Assembly: GCA_964404925.1 (NCBI GenBank)
Contig: CAYOLW010000001.1
Location: 2,106-66,105, forward strand
Direction of reading: 5' to 3'
Origin: an uncultured Candidatus Saccharibacteria bacterium
GTDB taxonomy: Bacteria > Patescibacteriota > Minisyncoccia > Phycocordibacterales > UBA9973
Length of the DNA stretch: 64,000 nt
The notes beneath the pieces were generated by a model. It saw only the letters and a program-made list of their open reading frames with translations. It ran no database searches and had not been told where the DNA came from. The position numbers were made by a program, and so were the translations under genes. Shown here piece after piece: positions 18,525-28,058 of the stretch. Numbering within the stretch: position 1 is the first letter of the stretch; each line of letters opens with the position of its first letter.

Positions 18525-19175
18525 ATGGCACTAAACGCACGCGCAACTCAAGATTTTGTACCTATCAAAGAAGTAAGAGATGGGGTAATAATGCTAAAAG
18601 ATGGCAGTTTGCGTGCCGTTGTTTTGGCTAATTCTATAAACTTATCTTTAAAATCAGAAGACGAACAAAAAGCTACTATTATGCAATTTCAGTCTTTCTT
18701 GAATACATTAGACTTCCCGGTACAAATTTCTATTCAATCAAGACGTTTAGATATTAGACCTTATTTATTACTCTTGGAGAATCGAGTGAAGGTACAAACA
18801 GAACCCTTGCTTAAAATGCAAACACAGGAATATATGGAGTTTATTCGAAGTTTTACAGATACGGTTAGTATTATGACAAAAAGTTTCTTTGTGGTTGTGC
18901 CGTATACAGAATCGGTGGTAACCGAAAACAGCAATCCTCTATCTAAGCTACTTGCTTTTGGTAATAAAAAAAATGTAGCTTTAGAAGTAGAAATGGATTT
19001 CGAAGAAAAAAGGTCACAACTAGAACAACGTGTTGGTGTTATACAACAAGGTTTGTCTCGATGTGGAATAAAAACAGCACAGCTCGGCACCGAAGAGGTA
19101 ATTGAGGTATTATATAAAGTATTTAATCCAGGCGAATTAGAAGGTAAAATAAAATTAGAAAACACAGAACAGTAA
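18525..19175 (+). CDS. VirB4/TraC N-terminal-like T4SS protein
   Basis: TQDFVPIKEVRDG, INLSLKSEDEQ, FLNTLDFPVQISIQSRRLDI, KSFFVVVPY. Confidence 0.75.
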   Translation: MALNARATQDFVPIKEVRDGVIMLKDGSLRAVVLANSINLSLKSEDEQKATIMQFQSFLNTLDFPVQISIQSRRLDIRPYLLLLENRVKVQTEPLLKMQTQEYMEFIRSFTDTVSIMTKSFFVVVPYTESVVTENSNPLSKLLAFGNKKNVALEVEMDFEEKRSQLEQRVGVIQQGLSRCGIKTAQLGTEEVIEVLYKVFNPGELEGKIKLENTEQ

Positions 19176-19176
19176 T

Positions 19177-21012
19177 ATGGGATTATTTGATTCAATTTTA
19201 GGTGGTGACAAAACGGACAACAATAAAAAGCCGACAATATTGCCGATACTACCTGAGGAAATACACGAATCAGCGGCACTAGAACTCCAAGACGTAATTG
19301 CGCCTTCAGCTTTAAAAATAAATCCTAAATCTATCAATCTGGGGGATAAAATAGCTCGAACCTTCTTTATTATTTCTTATCCTAGATATTTGGCCGATAA
19401 CTGGTTTTCTCCAATTATTAACTTGGATCAAATTTTTGATGTATCAGTATATGTAAATCCAGTAGACACTTCTTTGGCAATGCGTCAGTTCCAAAAGAAA
19501 GTGGCTGAGGTAGAAAGCCAGATCAATACTCGTGAATCCAAAGGTATTGTACGTGACCCAATGCTAGACACAGCTTACCAGGATTTAGAAGAACTACGAG
19601 ATAAACTTATTCAAGCTCAAGAAAAGATGTTCGATGTAGGTATTTACATAACTATCTATGCTAATAATGAAATGGAGCTTTTTAAGGTTGAGAACGAAGT
19701 AAAATCCATTTTAGAATCAAAATTAATATACATTAAACCAGCCCTTTTCCAGCAAGAAGAAGGTTTTATGAGCGTGGTGCCTGTAGATACCGATAGGCTT
19801 AATATTACCCAGAGATTAAATTCTGAACCACTTTCTTCTGTGTTTCCTTTTATTTCTTTTGACTTAACTTCAGATAAAGGAATATTGTATGGTGTCAATA
19901 GACACAATTCTTCTTTGGTTATTTTTGATCGATTTTCTCTTGAGAACTATAACTCTGTTACTTTTGCTAAATCAGGTAGTGGTAAAAGTTATGCTACAAA
20001 ACTAGAAATTTTACGTAGTCTAATGTTTGATATTGATGTCATTGTCATAGACCCTGAAAGGGAATATGAATTCTTGTCTGAGGCTGTAGGAGGAAGGTAC
20101 TTCAACATCTCTCTTTCCTCAGATCACCACATAAACCCATTTGATTTACCTGTTCCCAGAGAGGACGAAACACCAGAAGACGTATTACGCTCAAATATAA
20201 TTAACTTGGTTGGTTTATTTAGATTGATGCTAGGTGGACTAACACCCGAAGAAGATGCTTTAGTTGACCGGGCGATATCTGAAACATACGCTATTAAAGA
20301 CATTACACCAGACTCTGATTTCACTAATATTGAACCTCCACTTTTGTCTGACTTTGAAATGGTTCTTTCTGGAATGGAAGGTTCTGAGTCTGTTGTGCAG
20401 AGATTGGTAAAATATACCAAAGGTTCTTGGTCCACGTTCATTAACCGACCGTCCAACGTAGATATCAACAAAAAGTTTGTTGTTTTCTCTGTTCGTGATA
20501 TGGAAGATGAATTAAAGCCAATCGCCATGTATATAGTTACTCACTATATATGGAATACAATCCGTAAAAACCTAAAGAAAAGACTTTTAGTAGTGGACGA
20601 GGCTTGGTGGATGATGAAATCTGAAGACACAGCATCTTTCTTGTATTCACTAGCTAAAAGAGGCCGCAAATACTATCTAGGTCTGGCTACAATAACTCAA
20701 GACGCTGCGGACTTTATGAAATCTCCGTACGGTGTACCTATTGTTACCAACTCATCAATCCAAATACTCCTCAAACAATCCCCAAGTACCATTGAAGTGC
20801 TCCAAAAGATATTTAATCTAACCGATGAAGAAAAATATCTTTTACTTGAATCTGGGGTAGGGGAAGGTATATTCTTTGCCGGTTTGAAGCATGTTGCTAT
20901 TAAGGTTGTAGCTTCTTACACAGAAGATCAAATCATTACTTCAGACCCATCACAAATATTGGCTATCAAAAAATCAAAAGACGATTTTGAAGAAGTGTCA
21001 CAAGGAAAGTAA
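19177..21012 (+). CDS. virB4: VirB4-family T4SS ATPase
   Basis: FDRFSLENYNSVTFAKSGSGKS Walker A, IDPEREY, INPFDL, LVVDEAW Walker B, KRGRKY, ITQD. Confidence 0.92.
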   Translation: MGLFDSILGGDKTDNNKKPTILPILPEEIHESAALELQDVIAPSALKINPKSINLGDKIARTFFIISYPRYLADNWFSPIINLDQIFDVSVYVNPVDTSLAMRQFQKKVAEVESQINTRESKGIVRDPMLDTAYQDLEELRDKLIQAQEKMFDVGIYITIYANNEMELFKVENEVKSILESKLIYIKPALFQQEEGFMSVVPVDTDRLNITQRLNSEPLSSVFPFISFDLTSDKGILYGVNRHNSSLVIFDRFSLENYNSVTFAKSGSGKSYATKLEILRSLMFDIDVIVIDPEREYEFLSEAVGGRYFNISLSSDHHINPFDLPVPREDETPEDVLRSNIINLVGLFRLMLGGLTPEEDALVDRAISETYAIKDITPDSDFTNIEPPLLSDFEMVLSGMEGSESVVQRLVKYTKGSWSTFINRPSNVDINKKFVVFSVRDMEDELKPIAMYIVTHYIWNTIRKNLKKRLLVVDEAWWMMKSEDTASFLYSLAKRGRKYYLGLATITQDAADFMKSPYGVPIVTNSSIQILLKQSPSTIEVLQKIFNLTDEEKYLLLESGVGEGIFFAGLKHVAIKVVASYTEDQIITSDPSQILAIKKSKDDFEEVSQGK

Positions 21013-21023
21013 AGTGTTATAAT

Positions 21024-22037
21024 ATGCAAAGCATGTTTAATAAAAATATGTTAAGAAAAACATCTCTATTAATCTTGGTTTTGTCTTTTATTGTTTCCTT
21101 TACAGGAGTGAACAATGTTTTTGCACAACAAATTCAAGATAACGATATATTGATGAGCGTATATCCCAAATATCCAAAACCAGGGGATAATGTTCGTGTC
21201 TCAATTAACAGTTATACTGTTAATCTTGATAAGTCGTTTATTGTTTGGTCTTTAAATGGGGAAGAAAGGTCTAGGGGAATCGGTAAAAAGACATTTTCTT
21301 TTGACTTAGAAAAAACAAATAGTCAAAATCAGGTTACAGCTTCTATTGATTTGGTGGGTGGTATTACTGTTGTTAAAAGTAATACTATTGTTGCTTCGGA
21401 TATAGACATGCTTTGGGAAGCGGTAGATTCATACGTACCACCATTTTATAGAGGCAAGGCCCTTGGTGTACAAGACGGTAGTTTCAAGATTGTTGCTATA
21501 CCGAGTATTTTGTCCTCTGGTGGAAAAGTAAGCCCTAACAACCTTTCATATGTTTGGAAAAAAGACGGTGATGGCCAAGTAGGCGCTTCTGGTTTTGGTA
21601 AAAATTACCTTATCTTTACTAAAAGCTACCTTGATTCAGAAAACGAAATAGAGGTTGAAGCATCAGATATTGAAGGCAAAGTAAAAACAGGTAATAAAAT
21701 TATGGTGACAGGTTTAAAGAAACCAAAGGTTGTCTTATATAAAAAAGACTCTAAAATAGGCTTTAGATTAAACCAAGCACTGAGTGATAATTATAGTATT
21801 TCCGAACCAACAACAATAATTGCAGTTCCGTACTTCTTTTCTTTTAGCAATATCAATTCAGAGGATATGGCTTTTACCTGGTCAGCGGGCGGTAAACAAA
21901 TACAACCAAACAGAAATAAAAATGAAATAACAGTTATTCCACCCAAAGAAAGGGGTGGTACTGATATTTCATTAGCAGTAGAAAAAGCTAATTCTTTCTA
22001 CCAGAGTGTTAAAAAAAGGATCAATGTTGATTTTTAA
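21024..22037 (+). CDS. exported beta-rich (Ig-like) hypothetical protein
   Basis: Signal peptide ending VFAQ; repeated W-x-x-N/D-G strands; DMLWEAVDSYVPPFYRGKAL block. Confidence 0.7.
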   Translation: MQSMFNKNMLRKTSLLILVLSFIVSFTGVNNVFAQQIQDNDILMSVYPKYPKPGDNVRVSINSYTVNLDKSFIVWSLNGEERSRGIGKKTFSFDLEKTNSQNQVTASIDLVGGITVVKSNTIVASDIDMLWEAVDSYVPPFYRGKALGVQDGSFKIVAIPSILSSGGKVSPNNLSYVWKKDGDGQVGASGFGKNYLIFTKSYLDSENEIEVEASDIEGKVKTGNKIMVTGLKKPKVVLYKKDSKIGFRLNQALSDNYSISEPTTIIAVPYFFSFSNINSEDMAFTWSAGGKQIQPNRNKNEITVIPPKERGGTDISLAVEKANSFYQSVKKRINVDF

Positions 22038-23100
22038 TGAAAAAATAAAAAAGGTTACTGCTTTTATTTTTATACTGTTCTTTTGTGTTGGTTTTATAAT
22101 AAAAACACCTGTAATTATAGCCCAGGACCCTTGCACAACAGATTCAGATGGTGATGGACTTGTGGATGGAATGGATCCAATAAATGATACAACCAGCCAA
22201 ACTAATCCAAATATAATAAATTGTAATGAATTACAAAACACTCAAAATGATAGCGATGTAACATACACACTACTCGAACCTATTGGTGATTTGAGTAAAT
22301 TTAATGCAACTCAACCTTGTCCTTTGGTTGATTATATTAATAAATTTATAAAAATATTCCTTGGTATTTGTGCTGCACTTGCTATGGTGATGATTGTTGT
22401 TGGGGGACTCCAATACATGACCAGTGAATTATTGTCTTCAAAAGAAGCGGGAGTTAAGCAAATTCAAGGCGCGGCTTTTGGTTTTATTATGGCACTGGCC
22501 GCTTATGCTATTTTAAACACCGTTAATGCTGATTTACTTAACTTCTGTCCACACATACCAGATGCAAAAGTAACAGTTGTTGAAGATATAAGTGACGAGG
22601 CAACCACCTTAACAGGTGGAGGTAAAGCAACATACCACCCATACAAAGCTTATTCTCCTAATAATGCTTGCCCAGGACAACCAGGTAAAGAAACAAGCAC
22701 TTGTGTAAAAATGAACACAACTAATTTACCTAAAAAATATGATCAGAGTTTAGAAAAAGACACTCTAGATAAAATGGTAATATTTGATAACATCATGCGT
22801 TCTAAAGGAATTGTATGGTATGTGACTGAAGGGTGGCCAGCATCTAGCTCACATAAATCTAGTTGTCATGGTAATGGAACATGCTTAGACTTAAATACAC
22901 CAAACGCAACACCAGAAACAGTTAAATTAATGATTGGCGGTTTAATAGCTGTTGGTATGTGCCCAAACTATGAAATTTTACAGTCTGGAGGTATTACCAG
23001 GGAACAACTTAATGCTATTGGTATTCCCGATGCACGTATTTGGGTTACCAAAGGTACAGGGGCTCATATACATGTTGTTAATGCTAGGTGTGGTAGTTAA
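22024..23100 (+). CDS. VirB2/TrbC-like pilin domain fused to peptidase M15-like (LAS) domain
   Basis: Pilin hairpin IFLGICAALAMVMIVVGGLQYMTS...IQGAAFGFIMALAAYAILNTVN; HGNGTCLD (H-x6-D) and GAHIHV (HxH). Start uncertain (22006 or 22024). Confidence 0.7.
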   Translation: MLIFNEKIKKVTAFIFILFFCVGFIIKTPVIIAQDPCTTDSDGDGLVDGMDPINDTTSQTNPNIINCNELQNTQNDSDVTYTLLEPIGDLSKFNATQPCPLVDYINKFIKIFLGICAALAMVMIVVGGLQYMTSELLSSKEAGVKQIQGAAFGFIMALAAYAILNTVNADLLNFCPHIPDAKVTVVEDISDEATTLTGGGKATYHPYKAYSPNNACPGQPGKETSTCVKMNTTNLPKKYDQSLEKDTLDKMVIFDNIMRSKGIVWYVTEGWPASSSHKSSCHGNGTCLDLNTPNATPETVKLMIGGLIAVGMCPNYEILQSGGITREQLNAIGIPDARIWVTKGTGAHIHVVNARCGS

Positions 23101-23125
23101 TCTGCTATAATATATTTAAATAAAT

Positions 23126-24442
23126 ATGTCCAAAAAAAATATAATTCTTTTAGCTGTTTTAATACTAATCATTGGACTGGTTGTGCTAGTTGCGTCTTTG
23201 CCTAAAAAAAGCAACGAGCCGGGTAGCGAAGGTGGAACAAACTTTTTCTCTGATTTATTTAATTTAGTTGGATTAAAGAACAAAAACTCTGATGATGGCA
23301 CACCAACCAAAAACATAGGTGGCACACCAGGCGGGGAAGAGGCAAGAGGTTCTTTATTTAAAATGTCTTCAATGCCTGTGGCAGGTTTTGGTGTATTAAA
23401 AAGAGAAGTTTACACTTATGTAGCACCACCAGAAGTAACAGATTTAGCTTCCAGCACTGAAAATGATACCAGAACCAATACTTTAAGTGTTCCAGAAACA
23501 GAATACAAACTAGATGTTAGATATGTTACAGCTGAAAATGGCAGTATCTATCAATATGACATTGAAAACGGACAAGAAAAGAAGTATTCAAGCTCTGTAC
23601 TACCGTATATGTACGAAGCCTTTTTTGGTAAAAATGCCTCATCAATTGCACTCAGATATATATCAGTGAACAAGCCAACAATCGAGACTTTTGTTCGTCA
23701 GTTACCAGAAGACCTACTGGGTTCAGATGCTGAACCTGAGGATAAAATATCTGGTAATTTCTTACCTCAAAACATAAATGATATTTCTATTTCTCCGGAT
23801 GGTATGAATATGTTTTATCTTTTAAAGATTTCATCCGGGATATCCGGCACTGTAGCGTCTTTGTCTGGTGCAAATAAAAACCAGGTGTTTGATTCAAGTT
23901 ATACAGAGTGGCTGTCTCAGTGGCCAAACAAGGATTTAATCACTGTTACGACCAAACCTGCTGCTGGTATTCCAGGTTTTATGTATGGAATCAATCCAAA
24001 CATAAAAGACTTTAAAAAAATATTAGGGGGTGTTAATGGTTTAACCACACTTACTAGCCCAAACGGTAAACTAGTCTTGTACTCTGCCGATGATTTAAAT
24101 CTATACTTATATGACACAGAAGAGAATAATTCAAAAAATTTAAATGTTCGTACATTACCTGAAAAATGTGTTTGGGGTGCATTAAGTGATCGTGTTTTTT
24201 GTGCTGTACCCCAGTATATTAATACTGATAAATACCCGGACTCTTGGTACCAAGGAGAAGTCTCTTTTATAGACTCATTAGAAGAAGTTTCTTTAACAGG
24301 TGGATTGCCTATCACTTTGACAAAAGAAGGGGAGGTTATTGACCCGATAGACGCAATTAAACTAACATTAAGTGAAGATGGCAACTTCTTGTTCTTTATG
24401 AATAAGAAAGATTTATATCTATGGGGTTTGCGTTTAAAATAA
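23126..24442 (+). CDS. membrane-anchored beta-propeller (TolB/WD40-like) protein
   Basis: N-terminal TM helix; SISPDG, TSPNGK, LSEDG blade motifs. Confidence 0.7.
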   Translation: MSKKNIILLAVLILIIGLVVLVASLPKKSNEPGSEGGTNFFSDLFNLVGLKNKNSDDGTPTKNIGGTPGGEEARGSLFKMSSMPVAGFGVLKREVYTYVAPPEVTDLASSTENDTRTNTLSVPETEYKLDVRYVTAENGSIYQYDIENGQEKKYSSSVLPYMYEAFFGKNASSIALRYISVNKPTIETFVRQLPEDLLGSDAEPEDKISGNFLPQNINDISISPDGMNMFYLLKISSGISGTVASLSGANKNQVFDSSYTEWLSQWPNKDLITVTTKPAAGIPGFMYGINPNIKDFKKILGGVNGLTTLTSPNGKLVLYSADDLNLYLYDTEENNSKNLNVRTLPEKCVWGALSDRVFCAVPQYINTDKYPDSWYQGEVSFIDSLEEVSLTGGLPITLTKEGEVIDPIDAIKLTLSEDGNFLFFMNKKDLYLWGLRLK

Positions 24443-24443
24443 A

Positions 24444-24923
24444 CTAGATTTGCCCTACATACCTAATAACCACACGCCTATCGCGGCCAACACCATTTGA
24501 TTCTGTTTTTAAATCATTAGCGAGTGACAATATCTCATGTACAATCCTCCTGTCGTAGGCAGACATTGGCTCAAGCTCTATGCTTGATTTAAAGTACCTT
24601 GCTCGCTCTGCCATCATATGGACTAAACTTTTCAAAGTCTCAATCTTTTTCTTTTGAAAACCATTTATATCAACTACAATGTTTTCGTTTGGGGTTTTAC
24701 TTGTTGGATTTTTTGATTCAACGATCCTGCGAACAATATGATTAAGTGCTTGCAGCGCTTCTCCTTCGCGGCTTAGAAATGGGTGAGCATTATTAAGCTC
24801 AACAGAGAAACAGTGACCACCTAATTCATCGTCTAAAACACACTCAGTAACAACAACATTATCTGAAACGTTAGTTTTATCAATTAGTTCTTTGATTATT
24901 GTTTTTATTTCTTCTTTGTTCAT
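24444..24923 (-). CDS. jag: Jag/KhpB-like KH + R3H RNA-binding protein (no Jag_N domain)
   Basis: REGEALQALNHIV, VDINGF, LEPMSAYDRRIVH R3H motif; synteny with yidC. Confidence 0.85.
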   Translation of the reverse strand: MNKEEIKTIIKELIDKTNVSDNVVVTECVLDDELGGHCFSVELNNAHPFLSREGEALQALNHIVRRIVESKNPTSKTPNENIVVDINGFQKKKIETLKSLVHMMAERARYFKSSIELEPMSAYDRRIVHEILSLANDLKTESNGVGRDRRVVIRYVGQI

Positions 24924-24927
24924 ATAT

Positions 24928-25656
24928 TTATTTTGTGTTTAAAGTAAGAACCTCTTTTTTCTTGGCTAAATATATCTGTTGCAGGGTAGCAAAAACATTA
25001 CTTGTTATCCAATATAATGCAATTGCCCCAGAAATGCTATAGGCAATAAAGGTAACAACAACAGGGAAGACATATTTCATTTGAATTTGTAAGCTTTTTT
25101 GTAGACTTTCATTAAAAGAACCCTTGGTTGCAGTACTAACTGGTGGCTTAGGCATAAAATACGCTTGGAGGAACTGAGACAAACCAGCCAAAACAGCTAA
25201 AATAATACTTTTACTTGTTAGGTCCAACAAACCTAGGAAATTATTACTAGTAATTGTTGGTATTGGGGTAAAGGAGTACAAAGTGCTTGGATCTATATTT
25301 ATACCTTTATAGAAAGCATAGTATAAAGCAAAAATAATCGGTATCTGAATTAAAACCAGTAAACAACCTGAAAAAGGATTGGTTTTGTTTGTTTTATATA
25401 ATTCAAAAGTTAGTCGAGCTTGTTCTTCTTTGGTCTTACCAGAATTCTTTATTTTATCAATTTCAGGCTGTATCAGGTTCATTTTAACCTGACTTTTTAT
25501 AGATTTACTAGCCAAAGGGAAGAGGATTACCTTGACCAAAACGGTTAATAAAATAACAGCTAAGCCGATATCCCCACCAGGAACCAAGGCCACAAAAGCA
25601 GCCAACAGGTTAACCATTGGTTTATAAAGTAGCATTTCCCATAAACTATGTAACAT
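24928..25656 (-). CDS. yidC: membrane protein insertase YidC (short form)
   Basis: GLAVILLTVLVKVILFPL, NPFSGCL, QIPIIFALY, ALYWITSN. Confidence 0.93.
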   Translation of the reverse strand: MLHSLWEMLLYKPMVNLLAAFVALVPGGDIGLAVILLTVLVKVILFPLASKSIKSQVKMNLIQPEIDKIKNSGKTKEEQARLTFELYKTNKTNPFSGCLLVLIQIPIIFALYYAFYKGINIDPSTLYSFTPIPTITSNNFLGLLDLTSKSIILAVLAGLSQFLQAYFMPKPPVSTATKGSFNESLQKSLQIQMKYVFPVVVTFIAYSISGAIALYWITSNVFATLQQIYLAKKKEVLTLNTK

Positions 25657-25692
25657 CCAACCATTCTATACTAAAAGAACAGAATTTCAAAG

Positions 25693-25902
25693 TTATGGCA
25701 CAGGATCTATATGGTTCTTTTGCCAAGGATGGCAACGCAAAATCCTAAAAAAGCTTAAAACTACACCTTTAAGTGCACCATGTTTTTGTATTGCTTCTTT
25801 TGCGTAACTTGAACAGGTGGGGTAAAAGACACAAGAGGGTTTTTTGAGCGGACTTATGTTTTTCTGATATAAATCAATTAATTTTATTAAGTATTTTTTC
25901 AA
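25693..25902 (-). CDS. yidD: membrane protein insertion efficiency factor YidD
   Basis: [26 protein letters not shown]. Confidence 0.93.
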   Translation of the reverse strand: MKKYLIKLIDLYQKNISPLKKPSCVFYPTCSSYAKEAIQKHGALKGVVLSFFRILRCHPWQKNHIDPVP

Positions 25903-26200
25903 CGTCTTGTTTGATTAATTCAGTGTTTATTTCTTTATTTTTTAAAGTAAAAACACCATTAAAACCCAACGGGAGTTTATGCATAAAACTCTTTATAGCT
26001 AAATAACCCTTTCTTTTTAAGGCATTTCTCTTGTTGGCTAGTTTTTCCACCTTCTTAGAAACAACAAAAGACACCTTAGGTGGTGTTTTTAAGGTGCTTT
26101 TATAAAATTTAAGGCCTACATTTTTACCCCAAAAAGAAACACCTTTTTGAAAAACAGTGCCCACATCCTTTCTAGTTGTTCTATTTTTCTTAGGTAGCAT
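25874..26200 (-). CDS. rnpA: ribonuclease P protein component
   Basis: [23 protein letters not shown]; position between rpmH and yidD. Confidence 0.88.
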   Translation of the reverse strand: MLPKKNRTTRKDVGTVFQKGVSFWGKNVGLKFYKSTLKTPPKVSFVVSKKVEKLANKRNALKRKGYLAIKSFMHKLPLGFNGVFTLKNKEINTELIKQDVEKILNKIN

Positions 26201-26346
26201 TAAGCCTTCTTTTGCACTGCCAGGCGAGCTCGTCCTTTTTGACGTCTTCGGGCCAGAACCTTTTTACCATTCTTAGTCTTGTTTCTAACTAAAAATCCGT
26301 GGGTTTTGGCTCGTTTTCGTTTTTTAGGATTATATGTTTGTGACAT
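26200..26346 (-). CDS. rpmH: 50S ribosomal protein L34 (48 aa; missing from ORF track)
   Basis: Hand translation [48 protein letters not shown]; its TAA overlaps the rnpA ATG. Confidence 0.95.
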   Translation of the reverse strand: MSQTYNPKKRKRAKTHGFLVRNKTKNGKKVLARRRQKGRARLAVQKKA

Positions 26347-26352
26347 TCGGGA

Positions 26353-26381
26353 AGTATACTGTAAAAGCAGGCTAAAGTCAA
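26353..26381 (-). promoter_or_regulatory. rpmH promoter (leaderless geometry)
   Basis: TTGACT-17 bp-TATACT-6 nt-ATG on the minus strand. Confidence 0.75.
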
Positions 26382-26483
26382 AACCCTTATTTATTAAAAT
26401 ATATATCTTATCAACAGGTTATTAACATATTTTATAACTTTTAATAATTTGTGTATTAGGTCTCGAATAGTATAATTTGTCCC

Positions 26484-27830
26484 ATGGATACTAAACAGCT
26501 TTGGAAAAATTGCTTGGGGGAGATTGAACTTGGTGTTTCAAAAGCTAATTTCAGTACTTGGTTTAAAAATACCAGTATTGTTAAGGAGGATGGTGGTGTT
26601 ATATACATCGGTGTACCTAATGAATTCGTAAGAGACTGGCTGAAGAATAAATATCATAAACTAATAACCAAAACCCTTACAGATACCTACGACACATTAC
26701 GCGCTGTTGAATACATAATAAGTAAAACAGACCACAATAAAGCAGAACCGGCTCCGGTTATCGCTGAAAGCACTATAAACAAAGAGTTACCCCTAAAAGA
26801 CCTTTATGTCAGCCCAGAAGACAACCTAAATCCACGCTATCGTTTTGATTCTTTTATTGTTGGTGGTTTTAATGAGTTAGCTTATGCGGCCGCACAAGCA
26901 ATCATCGAATCTCCTGGTACAAAATACAATCCATTTTTTGTATATGGTAATACAGGGCTTGGGAAGACCCACTTATTACAGTCTGTTGGTAATGGTATTA
27001 AAGAAAAATACCCAAACAAAAAGGTTTATTACCTAACTTTGGAGAAATTTGCTACAGATTTTATAAATTCACTCCAAGGGAACAAAGCCAACTCTTTCAA
27101 AGAAAAATATAGAAAATATGACCTATTAATCATAGATGATATTCAATTTATTGGTAAAATGGAGAAAATACAAGAAGAATTGTTTCATACTTTCAATACT
27201 TTTTATGAAAGTAATAAACAAATTATATTTTCTTCTGACAAACACCCAAACTATATACCTGAATTAGCTGACCGGCTCAAGTCTCGTTTCGCTGCTGGTA
27301 TGATTGTGGATGTTTCAGAGCCAGAATATGAGTCTAGATTAGCTATTCTAAAAATAAAAACAAAAGAACAGGGTATTGAGTTAGAACAAGACAGCCTAGA
27401 ATTCGTGGCTTCGTCTATTCGAGGGAATATAAGAGAGCTTGAAGGTTGTCTAAACTCAATCGCATGCCAAGCAAAACTAAAAGGGAAGCAATTGTCTTTA
27501 GTAGAGATCAAAAACATACTTAAGAACAATATAAAACCCAAGAAAACAGTAGCTGTAAAAGATGTGGTTAAGATAGTTAGCGACCATTACAACATCGAGG
27601 AAGCCGCTGTATACGACAAAACAAGACGTAAAGAAATTGTACGTGCTAGACAATTAATAATGTATATCTTGCGGGAAGATTTTAATGTTTCCTACCCTTT
27701 AATTGGACAGAAACTTGGTGGTAAAGATCACACAACCGTTATTCACTCTTATTTAAAAATTAAAGAGGACTTAAAAAATGATCCACAGTTATTACAAGAG
27801 TTGGAGCAGGTGCGTATTATGTTTAAATAG
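26484..27830 (+). CDS. dnaA: chromosomal replication initiator DnaA
   Basis: NPFFVYGNTGLGKTHL, LIIDDIQF, GNIRELEG, GGKDHTTVIHS. Confidence 0.98.
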   Translation: MDTKQLWKNCLGEIELGVSKANFSTWFKNTSIVKEDGGVIYIGVPNEFVRDWLKNKYHKLITKTLTDTYDTLRAVEYIISKTDHNKAEPAPVIAESTINKELPLKDLYVSPEDNLNPRYRFDSFIVGGFNELAYAAAQAIIESPGTKYNPFFVYGNTGLGKTHLLQSVGNGIKEKYPNKKVYYLTLEKFATDFINSLQGNKANSFKEKYRKYDLLIIDDIQFIGKMEKIQEELFHTFNTFYESNKQIIFSSDKHPNYIPELADRLKSRFAAGMIVDVSEPEYESRLAILKIKTKEQGIELEQDSLEFVASSIRGNIRELEGCLNSIACQAKLKGKQLSLVEIKNILKNNIKPKKTVAVKDVVKIVSDHYNIEEAAVYDKTRRKEIVRARQLIMYILREDFNVSYPLIGQKLGGKDHTTVIHSYLKIKEDLKNDPQLLQELEQVRIMFK

Positions 27831-28058
27831 CTGTGTATAAAGTGTTTATTTTTAATTAATGTTGTGTTAATTATTTGTTGAAAGAAAATTGTTTTTAGAA
27901 AGTTTTACCAATAGGTGTGTATAAACCAAAATTAACATAACAAGTAATCAACACCACTAATTCAATTCAAATCTTTATAAATAACACATAAAAGATTTAT
28001 CCACTTATCAACACCCCTAATAATATTAATAGATTTAATATATAAAGATATAAACATT
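27831..28058. other. replication origin oriC
   Basis: DnaA boxes TGTGTATAA (27832-27840, 27916-27924) and tandem TTATCCACT/TTATCAACA (27997-28013), then CCCC and TAA-TAA-TAT-TAA-TAG DnaA-trio-like run; AT-rich dnaA-dnaN spacer. Confidence 0.88.

Noticed and set aside
22035-22050. Frameshift or phase variation at ATG-A6 at the start of the pilin fusion
   Set aside because: One more A would give MKKIKK, but an in-frame ATG at 22024 already gives an intact ORF; cannot be decided without reads.
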